Positions 28,474-46,088 of a stretch of 64,000 bases of DNA are shown here, piece by piece; within the stretch, counting starts at the first letter, position 1; each line of letters begins with the position of its first letter. This stretch comes from Octopus sinensis (taxonomy: Eukaryota): contig NC_042999.1 in assembly GCF_006345805.1 (NCBI RefSeq), positions 146,878,001 through 146,942,000 of the forward strand. Reading direction: 5' to 3'. The position numbers were made by a program, and so were the translations under genes. The notes beneath the pieces were generated by a model. That model ran no database searches. It was not told the origin of the DNA and saw nothing but the letters and a program-made list of their open reading frames with translations.

Positions 28474-30007
28474 TGGTATGCGCTTTTAATTGTGGGGGAG
28501 GATAGAGCTATTTTTAAATGAGTTACTAAATGGTTTAAACTCTATGTGAATATCCATTATCTCTCAAGCATATCTAATATATCCTTAAGTATACAGGAAA
28601 ACATTCAACTAAATATATTCATCTTGACACATATATACACATATATTTTGTAATACTATATATATATATATATATATATACAAAAACATATAATATAGTA
28701 TGATATATACATATGTGAGAAGGAGAGAGAGAGATTAAAAAAAGGCAGCAAGGCATTTCTTAGATCAATATTCACTAAAAACTATTATAAATGGCTACAC
28801 ATGCATGGAGATAATAAAAGCCTATATTGTTATAAAGCGTTCGTTGTAAAATTCCGTATGAAGAATTATGCTTTGTTTCACCACGTTGATCGAAGTATTA
28901 CAAGAAACTTACTGAATAAAAGAAACACTTTTAGAATATCAGAAAACACAAATATACAAATAATTTAGTAGTCTAAACCATACAACACAACACAGAAGCA
29001 AATTAAACACAATACATACGACAGACATAACATCCAGTAAAAACAACACATAAAAAGCATAGCACCAGACAAATTTACTCTGGCTATTGAATAAATGAAC
29101 ACATTATAAAAAAGTGACATCAAACAGAACATGAGGACCATTAAATCCATTCATAAGCTACCATTAATAATATACAGCAAATATACAAAAAATTGAAAGT
29201 ATTCTCATTAATAACAAAAAGCAAGATTGAAAGCCACTGAATAAATACTAGGTTATCAATGTAAATTAGAAAATAGTATGCAAATATACAATTTGTAAAT
29301 TAAGCATGCTTTTATGAAGTGCAATTTTTCTATAGTCAGAAGAAGGGGAGCAGCGTCAAGGTATCCTGTAGGTGAAAAGCGACAAATGAATTACAAATCG
29401 TACATTTTCCGTGGACTAAAGACCTGGTATGAATACCTACAGATAAATATGTCTCATCTAAAGTGGCCTAAAACCTAGGTACTGGTTGTATAAGGGTGCC
29501 AAATCACAACTTGAAATAATAGTAGAGAAACATTAGTAGGTAGGACAACTATCAAATATAAAATTCTCATCCTTTCCGACAAATTTAGATTTTTGGTCAT
29601 GGAAAATATACAAATAATATAAGTTACAACGCGAAACATGGCATACATTGAGTGTATCGTAGCAACAAGAGCATCTGTGTGAATTGTGGGAGAGCTTGAT
29701 GTATGCAAATATGAATGCATGTCGTATGTGTGTGCATGCGTGTATGCGTGTATGTGTATGTGTGTACGTGTGTATGTGTATGCTTCTCTGTAAGTACATA
29801 TGTATATGTTCAAGTATGTCTGTCTAATTTTCTTGAGTGCAAATTCGTTGTTTCACAGACGCTTGTGTAATTTCGAATTCGCTGTCAAAATAATTATAAG
29901 AAAAATGGCTAAAAATGACTGAGCCCCTTATCCAGATAATGTCTAATGTTTCATAGTAATGAAACAGTACGTTTTAATTATATATATAATATATATATAT
30001 TATATAT

Positions 30008-30046
<39 letters not shown>

Positions 30047-30100
30047 AGTATATATATAATATATACTTGTATAGATATTTATATACATACACACATGCAC

Positions 30101-30139
<39 letters not shown>

Positions 30140-30143
30140 ATAT

Positions 30144-30366
30144 TAAGGCGGCGAGCTGCAGAACGTTAGCAAGTCGGGCGAAATGCGTAGCGTATTCGTT
30201 GCCGTTAGTCCTGAGTTCAATTTCGCCGAGGTCGACTTTGCCTTTCATCCTTTCGGGGTCGATTAAATAAGTACCAGTTACCCACTGGGTCGATGTAATC
30301 GACTTAATACGTTTGTCTGTCCTGTTTGTCCCCTCTGTGTTTACCCCTGTGGGTAGTAAAGAAATA
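30144..30366 (+). mobile_element. SINE family A (full length)
   Basis: taaggcggcgagctgcagaacgttagc...gagttcaatttcgccgaggtcgactttgcc...gtgggtagtaaagaaata. Confidence 0.92.
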
Positions 30367-30857
30367 AATCTATATATATATGGTTGTATATATTGCGCTA
30401 TATGTCGAGTCATATGTGCGGTGTGGCATGTTGGATATCTAATATGTTTCGCACTCCAAACATTTGAAATAGTATTCTTGAATTTACTTTATATTTATAT
30501 AATCCGACAAGATTTTCTGATTACAAAACAGAATTCCATTGTCTGCGCGCAGTATGAGTTGGCAAATAAAGTTCTGGACAATTTTAAAAACGAACTGTTC
30601 TTTGATTATTCTTTTTTCATCTGAGACATGGACTATGAAATGTGTCATTCAGTACTTTTGAGTGGTAGAGAATGCAAATAAAATATATCGACATGAGATA
30701 CTTTCAACTCCCACCAGGCACCTATAAGCATGTATATATTATACATATATATAAATATATATATTAAATGATATGAGGGAATATTATTCCAAACTTACAG
30801 GGAAAAATTCAATTTTGAAATACTAATCAATTTCACAAAATATAATATAATATTATA

Positions 30858-30912
<55 letters not shown>

Positions 30913-30976
30913 TCGTATATGTAGGGATGGATGGATGGATGCATGCATGGATGGATGGCTGTGGCTGGATGGCTGA

Positions 30977-31015
<39 letters not shown>

Positions 31016-32159
31016 GCTGGATGGATGGATAGATGGATGAATATGTGTGCATAGCAATATAGCAAAAACTGTTTAACAAAACTAGAATGAATAAGTTAAA
31101 ACTTTATGTTAAAACTTATTAACTGATTCTTAAGTATACTTACTGCACTTCAATTATTTTATACAAAGCAGACATCCTGACCCATGCACATCGCCCAAGT
31201 TTTATTCTTTTTTAAATTTTAATAAATGAACAATAGTTTCTCAATCGAACAATCATTTGAACGACATGTGTACATTATGTCTTAGACGCAAAACAATGTT
31301 TCTCTTCACTAACAAATCTAAAGTTGTGCAAAACTGATCAATAACTATCAAGTATTTGGTCAGAATCATTTATCAAAACCATCACTCTCTTCCCCTCCTT
31401 CTCTCTCTCTCTCTCTCTCTCTCTCTTCCCATGAGATCGCAATGAATACAACGGTGTACACAGGAGATAAGCAGTAAGCTCCAGTGAACCACAACGGCTT
31501 CGAGGTTCCAGTTCACCCATTTTTGTTTGAAGCTACCTTACATTAATTGCATCACTAATGTCCTTGAAAATGGCACTAACATAATAAATCTGAAATATCG
31601 TACATAAAATAAGAATCAATATTTATTACAGGAAACAAAGATGGCAAAGTGGTGAATTTAGTTGGTAGATCGTTGCTGAGTTTTCTCTCTCTCATTTGCT
31701 TATTCCTATTTCTACGTTCTCATTCAAAATCTCGTTGATTTAAAAATATAGGCAATAGTCATCTACTTGGGTCAAAGCAGTCTACCCGTACACTGTACCC
31801 CACACAGCTCAGTGTGCGGCCTTGTACTTACGTAAAAGAAGAGGAAAAAAATCAATAATTGTTATAGAGAAAAAAATAAAACAAACATGCTAACAGGTAG
31901 TTCTGCTCTCAAGAGAATTGAAGAGAAGATGTATTGCCGGATTGTTAATAAACAAAATCAATAGATAATTTGACTATCAACTTTAGCACTGTCTCTATCA
32001 TGTCTCGAAACTCTTATCTAGACAGACCAGACAGCAAGTTACATACAAGCTTGGCTGTTTATTTTATAAGCATACACATAAAGGGAAAAGTGCCCATGTG
32101 TCTTTTACTTGTTTTATTTCAGATGTTATCACGTGTTTGCCACAACACGCTACACCCAA

Positions 32160-36420
<4,261 letters not shown>

Positions 36421-36849
36421 CACGTTGCCTGTGCTACAGCCATCACAGGCTATTTAAAGCAATATATAAAAGGAACGGGCAGATGACAACAGAGCATCTG
36501 CAGAACATTTGCAAACACATTACAGGAGAAACTAAAATGTAGAAATAAAACAAACATACACGAAAAACAGCAACAGCTAACACAAAAAAACAAAAAACAA
36601 AAATGAAGGAAAACGCACAAACAAGCAAAACCAAGAACGAAAAACAAAAATAAACTATTAATATAACGTAAACACCAAGGATATCAGCAATAAACATGGC
36701 AGCAGATTTATTAGTATTTTATTGATTGGACACATTAGCTGTGTTTTGTTGGAGATATCTATGAGATTGGATACAGAGGAGGATAGATTCGGCGAAGACA
36801 ACTGGTTTCTGAAATGACTGTGTGGTCAGGTTAGGCTTAACATATATTC

Positions 36850-37226
36850 TTGTATTTGTTTCAGCCAGTTGAATACGGCCATGTTGGGGCAGCTCCTTTA
36901 GTCGAGCAAATCTTTGTTAAGCCAACTACTTATTCTATCGGATTCTCTTTTGCCGAGCCGCAAAAGTTACAGGGACGTAAACATCGGTTGTCAAGCGATG
37001 ATGGTGGTGGTGGTGGGGACAGACACAGACACACAAACATATACGTGTATATATATATATATATATATAATACAACTTATAAAATAAGGGCAAAAGAAAA
37101 ATTCTAATGCCAAATATTTTGGTCTTATTTTATAAGTTATTTATAAATTTAAACTTTAAAGGTATTTTTTGATATGCTGGCCATTGATAAATTCTTTTTT
37201 CGAAAAAAATTTTATCCTACATTAGT

Positions 37227-37282
<56 letters not shown>

Positions 37283-37990
37283 TGTGTGTACACGACGGGC
37301 TTTTTCAGTTTCCTTCTACCAAATCCACTCACAAGGCTTTGGTCAGACTGAGGCTATAGAAGACTGAACCCGGAACCATGTGATTAGTAAGCAAGCTTCT
37401 TACCACACAGCCACTCCTGCGCCTATAATATATATATGACGGGCTTCTTTCAGTTTCCTTCTACCAAATCCAATCACAAGGCTTTGGTTGGCCCGGGGCT
37501 AGAGTAGAAGGCACTTGCCGAAGATGTCACGCAGTGGGACCGTACACGGAACCATGTGGCTGGTAAGCAAGCTACTTACCACGCAGCCACACCTGCGCCT
37601 ATATATGTGTAAATGACTCGACTGTGACCATCCTAAGTTTTAGAACTTGAAGGGTTTTAGTTGAAAACGTCGAGCCTAGCAATTATTTTTAAAGCCTAGT
37701 ACTTTCCGTTTTTGCTTTTGCTGACCTGCTAAATTACATAGACATAAACAAACCAATAACGGTTGACAAGTAGTGTTGTGGGTCTCTCACCACCACACCA
37801 CATGTGTGTATATATGTGTGTGTATGTATGAGTTTGTGGGTACGATGGGCTTCTTACAGTTTCAATCTACCAAATCCAATTTGATAAACCTGAAACTATT
37901 AGAATACATTTATCCAAAGCAAAATTGCCACACGGTAGGCTTGAACCACGAATCATATGGTTAGAAAGCAAACATCTTGCCACATAATCG
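36850..37990 (-). mobile_element. Cluster of SINE family B fragments
   Basis: A 3' half at about 36855-37045, 5' halves at about 37290-37425 and 37435-37600 (gacgggctt...ctaccaaatcc...cagccacNcctgcgcct) and a decayed copy at about 37690-37980. Confidence 0.85.
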
Positions 37991-38162
37991 CGTGTGCACC
38001 TCCCTCTCCCCCTCTTCCCCCTCTCTGTCTCTCTCTCTTTCTGTCTGTCTGTCTGTCTCTCTGTCTCTCTCTCTCTATATATATATATAGATACGCGCGC
38101 GTGTGTGTGTGTACGTGTGTGTGTGTTTGTGTGTGTGCATGTGAGTATGTGTGTAAAAAGAT

Positions 38163-38453
38163 TCTCTTTGGCCATGAATGACACATAGAAAATTCCCATC
38201 CGAGGCACATGTTGGGGTAAGGTTCTTATGGCAGACCAGCAGTCGCACATGCGTACAAGCCTCTCATCTCCACGCCATCGATGTTATCCAAGAGAAAGGG
38301 AATGGTCGATACAACTTTGCACCAGTAACGTTACAACAGATTTCCACCTCTGAGTGAATTGGAGCAATGTGAAATAAAGTGTCTTGCTCAAGAGCACAAG
38401 ACACAAGCCGGTCTGGGAATCGAGCTCACAACCACTGAGCCATGCACCTTCAC
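38163..38453 (-). mobile_element. SINE family D
   Basis: Colinear with 5397-5734 (gcagaccagcagtcg...gttatccaag...ggagcaatgtgaaataaagtgtcttgctcaag...ccactgagccatgcaccttcac). Confidence 0.82.
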
Positions 38454-38485
38454 ATTTTGCCTTTTTTAAATATTTTATGTAGGTT

Positions 38486-38520
<35 letters not shown>

Positions 38521-38569
38521 GAGTGTGTGTGTGTGCATGCCCGTGTGTTTAAACACAGACATAATTACA

Positions 38570-39990
38570 GTTGGTTCAAATGAGAATAGAATCACCAGCC
38601 TCACACAGAACAGTTTTGTGGTCGACCTAAAAGTATATGGCAAGTTTATGATAAATGTGAAAGTGAGCCTTGATATGCTTACAACATTCTCAAAAGATAA
38701 ACTGGTGGTGTTTGGTCAGGATAAACTGTTCTAAGTGATGGTTAAAGAAGAGAAACAGTAAGCTGGTCCAGCAATACCTCTGTCAATGTACTGGCCATTT
38801 CTCAATTTTTTTTAAAAAAAGGTTGTCGGTATTTAAAGATGGGTGATTAAATATTATAACAAAGAACGCGTGACCAGAAATATAGCACTGAATAAAAAGC
38901 AATCCATCATCCTCGGGGCTTTCAGCACACAATAAATCAGTGACTATGGCTACAACTAAAAGATTAAAATATAAAGCCAAATATTACGTCAAATAGGGGA
39001 GATAAACCTAAATAAATCGTAGTTTAATATAAACAGCTCAATATCTGCAAAAGATATCCTATTACAATAAGAATTTGATAACTAATGGAGGTCTCTCTAA
39101 AGAAGAAATGATGGGACGGAGAAAATAGCCGGAGAGTCAACTGGAGTGTTAACATACCGCATGCATGTAGCTCATATCGCAAAAATCTACCTTTGACCTT
39201 CTGAGTTGGACATTGCAAGAAATTATCGACATAAATGTAAGAACTCCGGTATTTTCAGGAAAATTGAACAAGAGAGGGGGTTGGACAGATTAGATTTTCT
39301 ACACAAGGGAGATGGTCGTGGTTTTAAATCTATATTAAAGCTATAACTAACCCGGTTTATAACACCGAAGCAATATAATCAGCAGACAAAATGTTCAGTA
39401 TCTCTCTCGCTCAAGCTTGCAAGTACGAAAATGAAAATGTCATTACGATAGGTAATGGTCTTCAAGAGAGACATATAATAAATGTTGTTACGTATCTCTT
39501 TACAAGTGATATAGACAAATCTATTTAAGATTTCAGAATTATCTAAGCTAGTTTACATAAAATGCAGAATTAATCACTTGATAACTGTATGCACAAGGAA
39601 CATTTTACCATAGATATGGTAGAATAATGTCTTCTTGAGGCATTTTGTGGTGGGTCTCTTAGAGTAAATATAGAAAAGAAGCGAAAGAAAGAATAATAAC
39701 AAAGGAAGATGAATATATTAAGACTGACAGGTCACAAGAATTATTGGTGAAGCATAAGTATTTGAGTAGAAAGCAAATTTATTCACTAAGAAAGATATGT
39801 GGTTTGGGATCAGAAACAAACACGCACTCTTATGAAATGCTGCTGCGTTTTGGTATCAATACCCTAAAAAAAATTATAGAAAGAAGGATGCATATTTGAT
39901 CCATTAATGAGAAAATTCAAGATACAATGACTTTTACACCCATAATAATCGCTGCAATGCTATACGACCATTTGACCCGGACCAAAGTGT
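38570..39990 (+). mobile_element. Highly degenerate non-LTR retrotransposon RT fragment, R4/Dong-like
   Basis: SFVVDLKVYGK...MLTTFSKDKLVVFGQDK resembles YMDDLKLY...FSxDIxMxFGLDKC. In-frame DRLDFLHKGDGRGFKSI at 39284-39334 resembles DRLYxPRxxGGRGLxSI. Many stops, and the right boundary is approximate. Confidence 0.7.
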
Positions 39991-40395
39991 CGCTCTTACT
40001 CCGAGAAAGAACGTAGTTGTAAAATTAGAACTTTATAGATTATTACAATACCTGAATTGATAAAAATCTGCAAGACATTCTTAAAGTTTAGAGAGGAAAC
40101 AGTTGCGCAGCGTATGGTGAATAAACGGAGCTCCATTTTATATAACCCTACCACCGAGCAGGATGTATGCATATGTACATACATAAGGATAAACCTTCAT
40201 ATACTTAGAAGTATGCATGAATAAATATATCCCATCGGTTAATGTTACAGTATCTCCTGGAATTAACTTATACATACAGCCCTGTATTTGAATACAGTAC
40301 ACGTTCATGCATTTAAAATGAGGTATCATATACACACTCGAGGGTTAAAGACGAAATAGCTATGTATAGAGATTGCATGAGTAAAAATCGTCGCA

Positions 40396-40760
40396 GCCCT
40401 CCGTCGGATACGACAATGAGGGTTCCAGTTGATCCGATCAACGGAACAACCTCCTCATGAAATTAATGTATAAGTGGCTGAGTACTCCACAGACGCGTGT
40501 ACCATTAACGTAGTTCTCGTGGAGATTCAACATGACAAAGAGTGTGACAAGGCTGACCCTTTGAAATACAGGTACAATAGAAACAGAAAGAACGAGTGAG
40601 AGAAAGCTGTGGTGAAAGAGTACAACAAGTTTCGCCACCGCCCTCAGCCGGAACTTCGTGGAGCTTTATCTGTTTTCGCTCAATAAACACTCACAACGCC
40701 CGGTCTGGGAATCGAAACCGCGAGTCTGCTGCTCTAACAACTGGGCCATTGCGTCTCCAC
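40396..40760 (-). mobile_element. SINE family C
   Basis: Reverse complement of 56458-56815 (ctccgtcgg...gggttccagttgatccgatcaacggaac...ctgggccattgcgtctcc). A partial or chimeric copy lies at about 57170-57360. Confidence 0.88.
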
Positions 40761-41520
40761 TTTAGTGAAGAGATATAATCAATGTTGCTTACAAATATGC
40801 ATTCACATATGACTGATTCACATATCCACAAATGGGATCTGTGAACATTTGACTAATTTACACATATTCACGTATCCTGTAACTCTTTTCACACAGACAA
40901 GAAAGCTTTGTCACTGTGTCAGTGACAGTGCTGTAAAGTTTAAAATAATAAAAAAAAAACTTAAAAGTAAAACATACAAGCAATATCTTTTACAATAAAG
41001 TCATTCATGTCAAGCAGAAATGTCCCCTCCTCCCACCACACAAATACATATGCATATTTGAATCTATGAATCGTGTGTATAACGTGAGATAGATTTACAT
41101 GCATATAGAATTTTATAGAAGATATACGTTTACTTGATAAAATAGATAAACGCGATATACAGAAAATAACTTTATTCAAATATTCACTCGTGCACATATA
41201 CACATATACTTCTATACACACACACTTGTTTCTGACAGAAAAATTATTTAAAACATATATCTAACTTATATTAGACTTACTGAGTGTCTTCGGTTCAACT
41301 TCAAATTGCATCCGGTACTGGAGCTTATGCATATCGTTATCAGATAATATTTCATTTGCTTTTAACATATATTTCTTTGTATATTGTCAAAAGTGTTTAT
41401 GTGTGTGTGTGAACATGGATGTATATGAGAATGTGTTTTTGTAATTTGCAAATGATAAGTGATATTTAAATCTAACGTGTTTGGTTATCCACTCAAGAGT
41501 ATTCTATTTTTAACTACAAT

Positions 41521-41990
41521 TAATATTGCCAAACTAACTGCGGAGCTTGAAGCATTCCAACGCCACCACACTAAAAAATTGAAGCAGTGCAGCGGATGAG
41601 CTACAAGGATAGGCTGAGAAAACTACAGCCTTTCTCACTGGAACGAAGGCGTGAGAGATATGCAATAATATACATAGGGAAAATCCTAGAAGGGCTAGTA
41701 CCTAAATTTGGCAGTGAGTGTTATACAAATGCCAGAACTGCTATCGTATTGTACAAAAGGTACCATTCACTCCATCTAATTTCAGGACCAGGTATTGCAA
41801 CAGTTTAGGGTTCAAATGCTCACAGCTCTTTAATGGCCTGCCACAAAAATTAAGAAATTTGCATAAGGTGGAAATAGATGTCTTCAAAAAGGAACTAGAC
41901 ATCCTCCTCTCCACAATACCGGATGAACCAACAGCCTGACATGAGGTACCGACGAGGGTAGCAGAATGAAACTCATTTATACACTAAATG
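41521..41990 (+). mobile_element. 3' end of a CR1/L2-group non-LTR retrotransposon ORF2 (frameshifted)
   Basis: ELEAFQR..., MSYKDRLRKLQPFSLERRRERYAIIYIGKILEGLVP and NSLGFKCSQLFNGLPQKLRNL...VFKKELDILLSTIPDEP. These are typical post-RT C-terminal motifs (YxERLxxLxLYSLERRRxR, LFNxLP, FKxxLDxxL). Confidence 0.85.
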
Positions 41991-42139
41991 TGCGAACAGC
42001 TGGGTCAAAGGCACATACAGGAGTAGTGATGTGAAACACCCAAACTGAGGAAGTCAGAAAGACCATGGTGGTACTCCAGCATGACCACGGCCGCATGGCT
42101 GTAACGAATAAAAGAGTATATAATAAAGCTCTCGACAGA

Positions 42140-42305
42140 ATGCGGTGAGCTGACAAAATCGTTAGCATATCGGGCAGAATATATAGCGGCCATTTTTTCC
42201 GGCTCTTTACATTCTGAGTTCAAATATCGCAGTAGTCGACTTTCCCTTTCTTCCCTTTTGGGGTTGATAAAAATTGTCTGTTGAACACTGGAATCGATGT
42301 AATCC
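42140..42305 (+). mobile_element. SINE family A, diverged and partial
   Basis: gcggtgagctgacaaaatcgttagc...ctgagttcaaatatcgcagtagtcgactttccc...ggggttgataaa. Confidence 0.7.
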
Positions 42306-43082
42306 ATCTCAGGAAAGGCTTTTTTACCTGATTAGAAAGAGTGTAATACGGTTGTCTGTTAGAATACTCTCTGCTCGATGGAAGCAGGCTTGACCTGCCT
42401 GAGTGGTTAAGAAACTTATGTTGCAATTTCGAGAGATATCGCGATCGATCCCACTTCTTGACATTCTAGATAATTTAATTTAACATCTCCCCAGTCAACT
42501 GAGATTTTGTTAGTGAAATTGGATAGACGGAAGATTAGCGGATTAAGCATACCTGTAATTCAAAAGACCGAATTTGTCATACACTATATTATATTGTTTC
42601 TACCAGAGGATCATGAAAAGCGTACAAGTATCTGCGTACGTCATTTGAAAAATAACTCAATGAACACCTGGAACAACAGATCCTTGATCAGTTATGACGA
42701 TGATCATGCAGTTATTCGATGAACTGCACAATCTATTAGTTCACATGTAAATAGATGAGTATTCCACAGACGCTTGAACAAAATGAGTGTGACAAAGTGA
42801 CTAATAAACGATTAACCATTGACCCACAGACACAATATATCCGACGGCTTGACACACACTTTCCGCCCACGAGATTTCACTCACTGAGGTTTCGTAAACC
42901 GAGAAGCAGCACTGTGGAAGCGAGCCCGAGATCTCCCGACTGTCAAGCGAAATTCTAACCAAAAGAGCTACATGGGGTGCCGAAATGTTTCTGGTTTTAT
43001 GGGTATTGTGAAAGGCCTGACTGGAGACCCAACCTTCCAAGGTCTTTCTCAAGGTTTAGAAAAACTGAAGGACCGCAGCAAT

Positions 43083-43640
43083 AAGTGCCTGAATCTGAGG
43101 CCCTAAATTTTGGGGGAGGAGGCCAGTCGATTAGATCAACCCTAGTACGCAACTGGCAGTTAATTTATCGACCCCGAAAAGATGAAAAGCAAAGTCGACT
43201 TCGGCGGAATTTGAACTCAGAACATAAAGACAGGCGAAAGACCTATTTCTTTACTACCCACAAGGGGCTAAACACAGAGAGGGCAAACAAGGACACACAA
43301 ACGGATTAAGTCGATTCTATCGACCCCCGTGCGTAAATGGTACTTATTTAATCGACCCCGTAAGGATGAAAGGCAAAGTCAACCTCGGCGGAATTTGAAC
43401 TCAAAACGTAGCGGCAGCCGAAATACCTATTTCTTTACTACCTACAAGGGGCTAAACACAGAGAGGACAAGCAAGGACACACAAACGGATTAAGTCGATT
43501 CTATCGACCCCAGTGCGTAACTGGTACTTATTTAATCGACCCCGTAAGGATGAAAGGCAAAGTCGACCTCGGCGGAATCTGAACTCAGAACGTAACGGCA
43601 GACGAAATATCGCTAAGAATTTCGCCCGGCGTGCTAACGT
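43083..43640 (-). mobile_element. SINE family A array: one head followed by three body/tail units
   Basis: A full copy at 43427-43640, a headless copy at 43243-43426 (184-bp period) and a third headless copy with a different 3' end at 43083-43242. Confidence 0.9.
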
Positions 43641-44044
43641 TTCTGCCAGCTAGCCGCCTTGAAGAGAAGAATATACTGAATAATATCATAATTAACTCAT
43701 CCTCCTATATTTTCTTCTATCCAAAGCCAGAAATAATATATTTGCATTGCACGCTCAGAATATATATTGTTGAGAACGACGAAGGTTCAGCTTGCTTTAT
43801 TTAGAGCATGTCTATAATGAAGGGAAGTCAGTTCTTAGTCAATATGAATCGAATGATTTTGAAGTCGGACATCATTTTATCAAGAACCGACTCAGCAAAA
43901 ATAACAGGGTACGTGACCGAACATTTTGAATTATTGATATACTGTGGAGAGATAAAACAAATGTGGTATCGATCAGATCTATCTATTTATCTATCTGTTT
44001 GCTTCTACTCACATACTACACACACATACATACAGACGCACACT

Positions 44045-44094
<50 letters not shown>

Positions 44095-45055
44095 ATTTCC
44101 AAACATATCACGAAATGAATGTGCACTAAACACAGAACTTGTGTCACTAAGTCAATCTGCTTATTTAATACATGTGATTCTAACCAAATATGTGAGTGAT
44201 ACTTGCCTTCGTTTGCTCACTCATATACGTATATGTGAATGTGTGAGTGCATATATGTGTGTGTATGGGTCAGAGTATGTGTGTATGTGTGCGTGTGTGT
44301 GTGTTTATGCTTCTATCTATATTGTATGACGTCAAATATTTCAATATGCTGTCGGTCAGATAGAAAACATTATAGATATATAGTCTCGTTATATTTTATT
44401 AGTAATATGATTACCATTCTTACTTCTACATCATTAATTCTACTCTGACGTGAGACATCGGATCTTTTATTGTATTTCACTTAGCAATGTGCCGTCATGA
44501 ATATGTTAGCAGTATATAAATGGTCCAGTTATGTTGCTTTTATTTTATAAGTTACAGTTACTTTGTTTGAACTGAAAAGAGCCATGATGTGTATTATGCC
44601 ACGTTGTATAATTAGAAAACTTAATCAACTGGAATCAGTCGTAAAACTGATATAATAAAGAGGCGTATCACATGCTTTCCTCTGTGTAATGCGATACTTA
44701 ACTCATTGTAGTGACTTTTGCTTTTCATGCTTTGCTTTCGACATCGAGAGAATGGAAACGAAATTCAATGAAGGGTTCTCAAAACATTATTGAATTTCGT
44801 TTTTCGCTAGTAAAAACAATAAAAAAGTGCAGCCCTGAATTTGGTAAATCATTTAAACTGCCTATTCTGGTTTTCATTAATTCGCCAAACTTATTGTCAT
44901 TGACATGTATTTCAAGGTTTGGTTCCCATTAAGAAGTCTCGTTCCCACCAAGAAGTCTAATATTTCGCATTCTTCATATATTGGCTTCAAATTTTGGCAC
45001 ATGATCAGCAAGTTCGGGGGAGGAGTAAATCAATTACACCAACCTCAGTAATTCC

Positions 45056-45410
45056 TTTCTGCTCTAAGCACAAGGTCCGACATTTTTGGGGAGGAGGCCA
45101 GTCGATTAGATCGACCCCAGTACGCAACTGGTACTTAATTTATTGACCCTGAAAGCACGAAAGGCAAAGTCAACCTTGGCGAAATTTGAATTCATAACAT
45201 AAAGACAGACGAAGTACTGCTAAGTATTTCGTCCGGCGTGCTAACGTTTCTACCAGCTCGCCGCCTTACATGAAACCCCGAAATTTACGGGTACTTACTT
45301 TATTGCTTTCGAAAGGGTGAAAGGCAAAGTCAACCTCGGCAGAACACAAAGACAGACAAAATACTGCTAAGCATTTCGCCCAGCATGCTAAAGTTTCTGC
45401 CAGCTAGCCG
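45056..45410 (-). mobile_element. Two adjacent SINE family A copies
   Basis: About 45056-45269 ends in ...ccagctcgccgcctta. About 45270-45410 is a second, internally deleted copy ending in ...ctgccagctagccg. Confidence 0.85.
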
Positions 45411-45539
45411 TTGACTCTCGTGCTCTAATTTGCCGAAATTTTGCTCTTGCAACGAATAAAGTCGCCTCTCTTCCACTACATAATATATTATGTAAGTTGT
45501 GTATGATATTACAATTTCTAGGGTAAATTTCTACTATAT

Positions 45540-45621
<82 letters not shown>

Positions 45622-45664
45622 CGCGCGCGCGCGTGCGTGTGTGTGTGTGTATTATATATTCCTT

Positions 45665-45874
45665 TACTTGTTTCAATCATATTGACTGCGGCTATGATGG
45701 ACCACCGCCTTTAGTCGAGCAAATGGACCCCAGAACTTATTCTTTGTGAGTCTAGTACTTATTCTACGGTCCCTTTTACCCGACCGCTATGTTACCGAGA
45801 CGTAAACGCACTAATATCGGTTGTCAAGCGATGGTTGGGTGGGGGGCTCTAACACAGACACACAAACAAATATA

Positions 45875-45917
<43 letters not shown>

Positions 45918-46088
45918 TACGACGGGCTTCAGTTTCCGTCTACCAAATCCACTCACAAAGCTATGGTCGACCCAAGGCTATAGTAGAAGACACTTGCCCA
46001 ATGTGCCACGCAGTGAAACTGAACCCGGAATCATGTGGTTGGGAAGCAAGCTTTTTAGCTTTTTACTACACAGCCATTCCTGCGCTTA
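45665..46088 (-). mobile_element. SINE family B, full length
   Basis: Colinear with 8163-8588, including the central (TA)n tract. Further fragments lie at about 25073-25140, 25960-26130, 32530-32620, 33655-33750, 54745-54920 and 58030-58160. Confidence 0.9.

Noticed and set aside
43083-43640. Regularly spaced repeats that could be mistaken for a CRISPR array
   Set aside because: The 184-bp units are SINE bodies with no unique spacers, the context is eukaryotic and there are no cas genes.
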